A program made the position numbers and the translations under genes. A stretch of 64,000 nt of DNA, taken from the NCBI GenBank assembly GCA_032718475.1, contig JAUCBJ010008047.1, positions 8,498-72,497 of the forward strand. Reading direction: 5' to 3'. Below, piece after piece: positions 48,549 through 59,467 of this stretch; position 1 is the stretch's first letter, and each line of letters opens with the position of its first letter. Origin of the DNA: Nemertoderma westbladi (taxonomy: Eukaryota > Animalia > Xenacoelomorpha). Under the pieces are notes generated by a model. It was given only the letters and a program-made list of their open reading frames with translations, did not search any database and was not told the DNA's origin.

Positions 48549-49206
48549 TTAGGAGTTTACAAATAGATTTCCACGTACCTGTACACCGTAGTAAGGACAG
48601 CGGTAGAATTCCATTGTCTTTATATGTGAACATTGAGGGTAGTACCCTTATGTGTCACATAGGAGCGGGATTTGTAGGTATAAGAAATGGAATTCTACTT
48701 GGAACTCACAATATTGAGACATTTTCGAAATTTTAGACAATCCATTTGGATTTGAAAAATTTTTAAAATTTTCTCCAGTGAATAGATTTCAGGGTACAGT
48801 CGGGTGGAACTTAAAATTAGAGAAACAAGAGAGGAAGACTTGCGAGCCTTTCTTAAAATTTTAATTAAATTTTACACGGTCTTGTTTCAATAAGTTACGT
48901 CAAAATAGACTCCCCTATATTTATTACTAATTCTTGACTGCTTATTTTCTGATAATAGTTTGGGATCAAAAAGTGAGTATTTTAGACTCACGGCCAGTTT
49001 AGCCCAAATTCGTTTTTACTTCGGCAAAAAATTTTAGATAAGAAGCAGCGTGTCATTAAAGAAACCCTAGATCTTAGGCTATGGGTAGGAGGTTAGAGCG
49101 TTGTCGAGCCCAAAGGGCAGACGAAACTCTCACGTCTCCTCACAACTAACTACAAACTCTGTTGTATTCCCTCTAGTAGTAATGATTATGTAACTACACC
49201 CTAATT

Positions 49207-51215
49207 ATGGAGAAAGGGATACAAGGAGAGCCGAGATGGGGATATGATATCCAAGAGGAGGCAGCAGCGCCATTCGAAAGATTTGGAGCCAAGGATTATA
49301 CTATATTTGGTATAAAAGAATTATCGGAAAGTACAGCGAAACTCGCGAGAACTAAATATGACTCGAATGTATTAAAGAGAAGGCAAAACGCATTGAACGA
49401 AAGAATCGAAAGTTTGCGCCAAACCTTCAACGAACTTTACCCGTACGATGCTTTGTGTGATACGGGAGACATTAGCGAAGACCCCGATACTGAAATTAGT
49501 CGTTTGTATCATACCATGCAATACCTAAAGGCGCACGAACCTATGCCCGCGGTACGAGATGAATTCGATGGAATGCATCTTTACAGACGAACTCGAGGGG
49601 ACGATAGAGAAACCAAGGAAGCATTTTCAGTTTATAAACTTTATTATCAATGCGGTTCTTGTATGCGCGAACAACGAAATGCGATTCCGATGCGTTTGAA
49701 TAAGGAAAATCCCGAACCGATATTGGCGAGGTGTTCGAACCATCAACAACTATGTTACCTTATGAAGGAGAACGTATTGTGGAAATTACGGATGAATCAC
49801 GGCAGACGCGCGCGCCTATCGGTCACCTCGGTGATGATTTCAAAGTAACTACTACGATCGCCGACGATCCTTTAGAGGAACTTCTTGAGATAGAAAGGAA
49901 CCTCCCGAAGAAATCTCAGACGGAGATTCGACAACTTGAAGCAACAGATGCTATAGTTTGTATACAACCTTCAGAAACCTACCAACCCATAGACCCAGAT
50001 GATTACGATTATAGTATGGGAGGAAGCGCTCGACCGATTGGAGATCTTATATACGAACGAGTGTGGTACCCTGCCAATACGATGTGTAGTAAATGTGGCG
50101 TCGCTGGACATCATATGGCAAAGTGCAGTGGAAAGCACATTACTACGACTCAGCTAATCTGTGGATGGTGTGGGGATCAAGGGTCTCATACCTTTTATAC
50201 TTGCTGGAGATTTATGGCTCAATGTACTTACTGCAATATAAAGGGACATCGAGCATCTGAATGCCAACTGAGAGATATACCTTATGAACACGAATCTGTA
50301 AAACTTGTGAGGAAGTTATTTGATGAGTGGGAAGATTTAGCCGACGAACATGTATCGGCACAGAGAAGACGGTTTCCGATGAGAGCGCATCTCGGATTTT
50401 GGGCGGTAAATCCCCAGACGATGATGTCGGAAGGATATATCTCCGCTATGCCCCAATATGACGAACTTATCGAGGTTGTTGATATTTTGCCCCACGACAG
50501 CGGATTCCGAGTGGTGCGCGAGTATCTGTTACAGATTCACCCGGATAACAAAAACACGTGGAATTTTCAGAAAGTCGTAAATCGTATCACGTATGGTGAA
50601 TTTGATCGTTTCCGAACCGAAAAGCGGAATAAAGGAGCTTGGTTAACCGTCGCATGGGCGTACCGAGCCGCGTTTTACCACAAACGTATACGAGCGAGCG
50701 TATTCGAGGAAGAAGAGGTCCTAGAGGCGACGAATATATCAGCCACTCCGGTTGCGCCGTCTGCACGTCACCCTCGGGAGGACGGGCAGGGTAGGATCAT
50801 ACGGGTCCAGAAAGTGGGCCAACAATTGAAGAAAATTATTAATGTAGAAGAACGCAAGGGAGTTGAGCCGACTATTCGAGTTACTCGGGATACGGTATCA
50901 CTTCCAAGAGAACCAGTAGGAGGATCGGGACATACACCAGCTGATCAACAGGGGGCGCAAGCTACTCTTGGGTCTGCGTCGTCCGCTTCTCACGCGTTCC
51001 CAGACGTTCTACCAACTGTAGTGACAACTGATCGGTCACGAGGAATTGGTCGAGGTTTTGGGATGCCAAATAGACGAATTTGTGAGGAAATAGTTGCACC
51101 GTCTCTCAACGTCCCAAGTAAACCAGTGACTCGCCCCATTAGTCCCATATCGCGAGCAAAGTCACCTGTGCGCAGTTTTCGAGGACGCGGCAGGGCTCGA
51201 TCAACTAAGCGATAA
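49207..51215 (+). CDS. Accessory ORF3 of B: ~669-aa non-env zinc-knuckle protein with one frameshift at ~49758
   Basis: ORFs 49207-49848 and 49731-51215. Three knuckles: CSKCGVAGHHMAKC, CGWCGDQGSHTFYTC, CTYCNIKGHRASEC. Colinear homology to A ORF3; basic C-terminus RSFRGRGRARSTKR. Confidence 0.85.
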
Positions 51216-52098
51216 AAGGGAGGGCAAGGGTGGACGGAAGACTCGTGGGCCTTTCTTATGATTTGTGATTTATTTGAATTATATGTTTTTATATTTACGA
51301 AAGCTATTTAGTAAACTTATATTTTATATTTGTGCTTATTCCAAACTTATGCAATTTGTATTGTTCCGAATTTATGAAATTTAGAAAGTTTAGAAGGAAC
51401 TTATATTTGAAAGATTTATGTTTCATATTTGAGATGCAAAGGTTTATATTATTCTAAACTTATGCAGTTTATATCTATATTTAGTAAGACTACCCAAAGA
51501 GAGTTTATATTTGTAAGAATTTATATTTATATTTGTAATTATTCCGAACTTATACAATTTATATTATTCCAAACTTATGCAATTTGTATTGTTCCGAATA
51601 TTATGCAATTTATATTTTATAAGCAGTATTTGTACCATAAAGAGAAAGTTTTATAGACAGAAAATTTTGTGCTCAGAAAGACTCATATTTGTAATTATTC
51701 CAAACTTATGCAATCTACATTTAGGTACGAAAGTATTTGTAATTACTTGAATTTATGCAATATTTGAGATGCAATAGTAGATGGAAGACTTGCGAGCCTT
51801 TCTTATTGTTTTCATTTATTTGTATTTGTAATTGTTTGAATTTATGCAATATCTGAGATGCAATAGATTTATATTGGTGAATTTAATTTAGATTTATATT
51901 GTACTTACTTAGTAAAGCCTTAAATACGTAAAGTTTGAATTTGTAATTATTTTGTATCGAATCATTACGTAGAAAGGAAGTATTGTTTGAAATTTAATTG
52001 TAAATATGTAAGTACGCCCTAAGTATTCTATAGTTTGATTGATTATTGGTGAAAACCGTATATTTTATGCACGATAATATCCTGTTTTCATGGAGCGG

Positions 52099-54090
52099 TA
52101 TAGAATTATATTCCCTAAATGCCGTGGATTTTCAAAATTTTATTTTATTCGAATTAACTTTGTAAAGATTGCTTTGAGTTCTCATTAGTATTGGTTCTAT
52201 CTATTATGCATCTATCGGTCAAGTGGTTCAGTAGCTCAGTTGGTAGAGCGTTGGAAATTATATGTGTAGTAGGTATCGAGTTCGAATCCTAGTAAGTGCG
52301 AATTATTTTTTGTGCAGAATTTCAACTCATTTAAATTAACCGCTACAAATTAATTGCATTTGTCTGTACCAATAAGGCTGTAGTTATTTGATTGTAACCA
52401 ATGTCGTGCAAGTTATATATTAGCTGGACCAATAAGCTATCTTTAAAACCTTGTTAGAACCCATAGAACAATCGAGAATTTTCTCGATTGATTGCGGCAC
52501 AAATTTAGTATATAAAGGTGCGATTTCGTTCATTAGTTATTCTCTCAATCACTTTATATCATTATCTTTCAGATTTATTCTGTCGTGCTTAGTTTATTCT
52601 CAGATTACATTGTATTATAATTGTGTCTTCTGTAATAAAGTCAGAATATTCTCTCAGCTTTTCTGTTTTACTATGGTTTCACTACGGTGAACAAACTCGG
52701 GGACAGGATGGCCAGCTAGAGATCGGGCCGCAGCAATGAACGGGAACATCACGGGAATGTAGACGAGAGACAACCCGCAATACCATTTAGAGTTATTCGC
52801 CCATCGCCTGAAAGGTTAGACAGCGTTCGATCCTTGCTACCTAAGTGTAAGACCAAAAGATCAAAGGTAGACGTAGTGACACGCTGTGAGCCCAAAATTA
52901 CATCATAGGGACTGTACTGTCTTGATTCAGGAAAAAACCGCAGTAGACCTTCATATTCCTACGGGGGGAGGGAGGGAGAGAGAGCAGATACTAGTACGCA
53001 GATAGGACGTAGGCACACCGGTACAAGGCATACACATTGGTTAGGGTGCAGCAAACTGTACGCTTAACTCTTGCTAAGTACAGGTGTGTGTGCGACTATT
53101 TGCCGTACAACGGTGTCCGTTACATCAGAACTTGTAGGCTAGGGGGTTGCTGTGTTTTCACCTGAATTGGGATTGTACCGTTCAGGCGGTAGGGCAGTTT
53201 ACGCTAGGCGCAAATAAATTGAGGCTATCAGGGATATACTAACATCTACCGTGTCCCCGCCAACGCCCTAATAGGAAGTTACCCGGACTACCTGGGTGAC
53301 TAAAATTCTAGATAGGAGCCAGGATAGCTATTAGTACCCGTACGCCTACAGTAGTAAACTAACACATCTCTTCTTAGTATCAGGGACCTGGTACCTAAAA
53401 TTGCCGAATTCTGGGCGTAGTATTAACCTTATGCCTGAATTTGAGTCCTGGAAATACGCAAGAGGGGAAGGAACCTTATCATTCGTGAGTATTGGACCTA
53501 CAAGTTATAAAATTAGAATATTCGTAAAATGCACACCGTACCCAGTAATTATATATGTGAAGGAGCAAAACTGCTTTTGACCGTTCAGAATTAACACACG
53601 CGCGTTAGAAATTATTTACACCTCGAAATATATAAAATTAACTTTCGTCCTTACTGCACTTTGCTCGCTAGTTAGACATCTCCAAATCTGCTCTATACCT
53701 AGCTAGCGTCCCTTTGCCCAACCATATAAATCACACCGCGGCAAAGTATACGAGCCTCTTAGTCCGTCAGTGAGTCAGCCTGATTTTAGGATTCGCTGCG
53801 CGGGATTTTGTTTTATCGAAGTTTGTCTGCTCGTAGACTGTTTTCTGCCTCACCGGTTAAAAGAGATCGATACTGCAATATATTCGCTTACTTGGGGTTT
53901 ACTGTTTTGGTGAGAAGGTCGGATTTATGATTTGATTTACAAACTTTACAGTAGGATATTGCAGGTATTGTTACCGTCTCTTCCGATAGTAGGAATAGGC
54001 GTATCTCTCCAATTTAGTAGGAATATGATTATTTTAACATATTTCCTAATTTAGTAGGAATATGATTATTTTAACATATTTCCTAATTTA
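52099..54090 (+). repeat. 3' terminal repeat of B, truncated at the satellite
   Basis: Follows PPT GGAGCGG and matches 37043-38984. Confidence 0.9.
52225..52311 (+). ncRNA. tRNA-derived Pol III-type unit in the 3' LTR of B
   Basis: Identical copy of 37169-37255. Confidence 0.7.
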
Positions 54091-56250
54091 CACAACAATA
54101 TTAATAGGGAGATAGGATACTTATCTCTCCACTCAGAATGTCACAGATAGGGGGTGTTCCAATGCAATCAAAATTCATTTATCTCCAGCAGAAAGACGTA
54201 GCAAATAACAGCTAATTACTTCTATAAATGTAAGTGTTACCTTTTCTTTTGACTTTCGTTTAAGATTCTCTATCTCGTGGAGTGGGTTAGAAGTTATAAA
54301 TATTAAAATCGATATGGTTATAGTAAAGAATCAGAGGATATTTTGATCAATTATTGCAGAAAAACACGAAGGATTTTGACAGGGCTTTAATACTTCTTTA
54401 TGTTCATGAAATAGCTGAGATATTTGAGGTGAATTATAGTATTATAAGTTAACTTCAGCTCCAGTCACTTTGGCAATACGATGAAACAATAATAAATATT
54501 CTAGAACACAACAATATTAATAGGGAGATAAGCTACTTATCTCTCCACTCATACAACCACAGATAGGGGGTGTTCTGACACAATCAAAATTCATCCATCT
54601 CCAGTGGAAAGACGTTGCAAATAATTGCTGATTACTGCTATAAATGTAAGTGTTACCTGTTCTTTTGACTTTCATTTAAGATTCTCTATCTCGTGGAGTG
54701 GGTTAGAAGATATAAATATTAAAATCGATATGGTTATAGTAAAGAATCAGAGGTTATTTTGATAAATTATTGCAGAAAAATACCAAGGATTTTGACATGG
54801 CTTTAATACTTCATTATGTTCATGAAATAGCTAAGATATTTGAGGTGAATTATTGTATTATGAGTTAACTTCAGCTCTAGCAACTTTGGCAATACGATGA
54901 AACTATAAAAAATATTCTAGAACACAACAATATTAATAGGGAGATAGGATACTTATCTCTCCACTCAGAAAGCCACAGATAGGGGGTGTTCCAACGCAAT
55001 CAAAATTCATCCATCTCCAGCGGAAAGACGAAGCAAATAACAGCTGATTACTTCTATAAATGTAAGTGTTACCTGTTCTTTTGACGTTCATTTAAGATTC
55101 TCTATCTCGTGGAGTGGGATAGAAGTTATAAATATGAAAATCGATATGGTTTTTGTAAAAAATCAGAGGATATTTTGATAAATTATTGCAGAAAAACACC
55201 AAGGATTTTGACATGGCTTTAATACTTCATTATGTTCATGAAATAGCTGAGATATTTGAGGTGAATTATTGCATTACATAATAACTTTAGCTCCAGCCAC
55301 TTTAGCAATACGATGAAACTATAATAAATATTCTAGAACACAACAATATTAATAGGGAGATATGCTACTTATTTCTCAACTCAGACAGCCTCAGATAGGG
55401 GGTGTTCTGACACACTCAAAATTCATCCATCTCCAGCGGAAAGACGTAGCAAATAACAGCTGATTACTTCTATAAATGTAAGTGTTACCTGTTATTTTGA
55501 CTTTCATTTTAGATTCTTTATCTCGTGGAGTGGGATAGAAGTTATAAATATGAAAATCGATATGGTTTTTGAAAAAAATCAGAGGATATTTTGATAAATT
55601 ATTGCAGAAAAACACCAATGATTTTGACATGGCTTTAATACTTCATTATGTTCATGAAATAGCTGAGATATTTGAGGTGAATTATTGTATTATGAGTTAA
55701 CTTCAGCTCTAGTCACTTTGGCAATACGATGAAACTATAAAAAATATTCTAGAACACAACAACATTAATAGGGAGATAGGATACTTATCTCTCCACTCAG
55801 AAAGCCACAGATAGGGGGTGTTCCAACGCAATCAAAATTAATCCATCTCCCTCGGAAAGACGTAGCAAATAACAGCTGATTACTGCTATCAATGTAAGTG
55901 TTACCTGTTCTTTTGACGTTCATTTAAGATTCTCTATCTCGTGGAGTGGGATAGAAGTTATAAATATGAAAATCGATATGGTTTTTGAAAAACATCAGAG
56001 GATATTTTGATAAATTATTGCTAAAAAATACCAAGGAATTTGACATGGATTTAATACTTCATTATGTTCATGAAATAGCTGAGATATTTGAGGTGAATTA
56101 TTGTATTATGAGTCAACTTCAGCTCTAGTCACTTTGGCAATACGATGAAACTATAATAAATATTCTAGAACACAACAATATTAACAGAGAGATAGGCTAC
56201 TTATCTCTCCACTCAGACAGCCACAGATAGGGGGTGTTCCAATGCAATCA
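54091..56250. repeat. 416-bp satellite, ~5.2 copies
   Basis: CACAACAA(T/C)ATTAA recurs at 54091, 54507, 54923, 55339, 55755 and 56171. Confidence 0.95.
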
Positions 56251-56411
56251 TTCTATTCTCTAATCCACATTCTGGCCTACTCTGTGGGCCTGTACAGTAC
56301 AGCAGTATGCGTCGCGTGGCCACACAATTTACCCAGCTGTACTCATATGCCCCCCTCTCACTACTAACTGCTAACTAATATCTATATCATATATACCCTT
56401 CTACCTCTTAC

Positions 56412-56800
56412 TCTCTCTCTTACTAACAGTACTACGTACCCTCTAACTCTTCTCTAACTAACGGTACTACGTACCCTTTAACTCTCTAACTAACGGTACT
56501 ACGTACCCTCTAACTCTCTAACTAACAGTACTACGTACCCTCTAACTCTCTAACTAACGGTACTACGTACCCTCTAACTCTCTAACTAACGGTACTACGT
56601 ACCCTCTAACTCTCCAACTAACGGTACTACGTACCCTCTAACTCTCTAACTAACGGTACTAAGTACCCTCTAACTCTCTAACTAACGGTACTACGTACCC
56701 TCTAACTCTCTCGTACCTCCTAACTAACTAACTAACTCTAGGTACTACGTACCTCTTAACTAACTAACTCTAGGTACTACGTACCTCTTACTGGCTAACT
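56412..56800. repeat. 32-bp minisatellite (~10 copies plus degenerate tail) in the 3' UTR of E
   Basis: Unit CTAACTAACGGTACTACGTACCCTCTAACTCT; ACRGTAC at 56461, 56493, 56525 and 56557. Confidence 0.9.
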
Positions 56801-56938
56801 TCTGCCTACTAACTGCGTACCTATTATGTACTATTATTTTATTTTTTTTTTTTTTTTAAATTTTTTGTGTGGGAAGGGCGTCTCAATCCCACCGTCCTCA
56901 GTCCAAATCTTGGACGACTAAACTCTTCTCTAACTCCA

Positions 56939-59467
56939 CTAAGGTGCCCCTTCTAACAGACAGCATTTCCCTACAGCTCTCCTGTAGGTTTTTCTGTCCT
57001 TCGCACCTATCTTACCACCTATCCGCACTTCTACCGATCGGACTCTTCCGTCCTCATCGGAGTAAGTGCCTACAACTCTCGGCAACCGCCACTGGTTGTT
57101 GATGATAGTATCATCCGTAACGATTACGAGATCTCCCTCTCTTAACTCCCTATTCGGCTTCCTCCACTTGCTTCTTTTATGGAGCGTGGGTAGGTATTCT
57201 TCGACCCACCTCCTCCAATACTCTGCGCTTATTGCTTTAGCGACTTTCCAACTCTGGCGGGAGTGTATGTCACCTGGGTCTACACCCCGCATATCGATGG
57301 TCGCTGGCCTTTCCATTAGAAAATGGCTAGGTGTCAGCACGTCTAGTGACTCAGGGTCATCATTCTCCGGATATAGCGGTCTGCTATTAATGATCCCCTC
57401 GCACTTCGCAAGCACTGTCCGTAAGACGTCCTCAGTGACCATGTGGGTGTTCATTAGCTTCGTCATTAGACGCTTTGAACTGCCCACCAGTCTCTCGACG
57501 CATCCCAGTGTATGCGGTGCATACGGCGTCCTTCTCTCCCACTTTACTTGTCGTCGTCTCATGGCCGCCCTGACTTCCTCCCCTTCCAAGATGTCCAAGG
57601 CCTCTGCCATCTCATTCTCTGCGCCCACAAAGTTGGTGCTGTTGTCGCTGTATATCACTGCGATCGTCCCACCTTTGCGGTCTCTAAACCTTTCTAAGGC
57701 ATTAATGAATGCTGATGCGGTTGCATCTTGGGCGAGTTCTATCCCTACCGCCCGCGTGTTGTTACATACGAAGATGATACCGTAGCGTTTCTCCGTGTGC
57801 CGCATCACCTTGATCCTTATCGGCCTGAACATGTCCACACTGCAATGCGTAAATGGCGGGTCGTGCTGTCTTACTCTACTCGCTGGTAGTGGCGCCATAT
57901 CTTGTATGGCTCGCTCCTTCTTCGCTCGTCGGCAGGTCTGGCACTGCCCCACTACCGCTTTTACCTTCTTCCTCAACTGTTTGACCCAAAAGGTCCTCCT
58001 TATCTCCGTGAGAGTTCTGTTGGTGCCCCCGTGCAATATCGACTTATGGGAGTCCCAGATAATCTGGTGGACTATTGGCGATCCTGTGGGAATAATGAGG
58101 GGTTTCGGTGGTACCATTATGCTGTTGTTGTATCCCACCCTAGAATTCATTACTAGAATCCCGTCTTCATTAAGTTGTGGCGACAGCGTGATCAGCTCGC
58201 TCTCCCTTCGGAGGTGCTGTTGGTTACCGACGCGTTCCACCTCGTCGCCGTAGTTCTTCCGTTGTTCATAGCGGATGACCGCCTTGGCCGCTCCTTCCAG
58301 ATCTATGGATGTCCTGATCTTCTTGCCTTTGCCGACTCCCGCGAGGAAATTCCCGAAGGCTCTCCAGTACGCCACTAATTTCTTGGTCTTATACCAACTA
58401 GAACTGTAGCTGAGGAGTTTATCCGTCGGGTCATCGCATAGTTCTTGCTTTGGTTGCACGTCCCTAATCTCCCTCACCATCTGGGAGTATATCTCTTCTC
58501 CCTCTGAATCTCCTTCTTCTCCCTCTGACACTACTTCTGAGCCCGGGTCCACCTTTCTCATCGGCGGCCAGGCCTCCTTATCGCTCAGAAATTGTGGCCC
58601 ATGTTGCCACAATACTTCCTTCTTCAAGAAAGTGTGGCATACCACGCCCCTCGACAACAAGTCCGCTGGGTTCTTGTCCGTTGGGCAGTAGTGCCACCTT
58701 TCCAGTTCTGTGGTCGCCCTTATTTCGTCCACTTTATTTGCGACGAATATTGGGTATCTTGTCCTTTCGTTATGTAGCCAACCAAGCACTACCATGGAGT
58801 CCGTCCAGTAGTGTGTCTCCACTATGTTGGGAATAGTATCCACTAGGTAGGCTGTGGCTCTAACTCCTAGTCTCGCAGCTGTCAATTCTAACTTGGGAAC
58901 TGATGCTGAATCTGGCGGCGTTGACTTTGCTTTGCTAAAGGCCAGTCTGGGCTTATGAGCCCCCTCTCGTTGTACTAAATAGAGTGCCGCTCCGTACGCC
59001 TCCAACAACGCATCGGAGAACATGTGTAGGTCCAGATTCGTCACGTTCCCATCCGGGAAATACACCCGTGGCATGTTGTATGTTCCCATCTTCTCCAAGT
59101 CTCCTGTCCACTTACTCCACTGTTTCTTGATTTCCTCTGGTACCTCTACGTCCCACTCATCCTTCAATTTGTATACTCTCTTGAGTATCTGTTTCCCCGT
59201 GACTAATAATGGGGATGCTAGACCTAGGGGATCGTATATCCTTGCTATATACGATACATAGCCCCTCTTCGTGTGGATGTCTGCACCCTCCTGGCTCAGC
59301 TGATACTTCAGTTCGTCTGTTTCCCTGTTCCACACGATTCCCAATGCCTTCTGTTGAGATTCTGTTCTCTTGTTCGCCATGTCCTGCCCTTTGGCTGTTG
59401 TGGGATTATCCATGGTCGATTCTGGTCTCTTGTCCTCTATCGCCTTGATAAATTCTTCCGAACTGGA
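56939..59467 (-). pseudogene. pol: BEL pol of E: RT end, RNase H, integrase, C-terminal domain
   Basis: YDPLGLASP, MFSDA, VPKLEL, NPADLLSRG, HGGTNRT..CQTC, SVDMFRP, SDNSTNFVGA, ERLVGS, DGRVRSVEV. Confidence 0.93.

Larger units (their letters stand above)
37043..54090 (+). mobile_element. Near-intact BEL/Pao LTR retrotransposon 'B' with accessory ORF3; right end truncated by a satellite
   Basis: Direct repeats of about 1.94 kb at 37043 and 52099; PPT GGAGCGG at 52092-52098; 2337-aa gag-pol ORF; integrase; ORF3. No right-hand TSD is visible. Confidence 0.95.

Noticed and set aside
49100-49130. Hammerhead ribozyme (GCCC-AAA-GGGC stem followed by GAAAC)
   Set aside because: The core reads TTGTCGA rather than CTGANGA, and four extra bases separate the stem from GAAA. 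Treated as part of the ORF3 leader structure.
49207-51215. ORF3 as an env gene
   Set aside because: No N-terminal signal peptide or transmembrane segment; the cysteines are arranged as CCHC knuckles.
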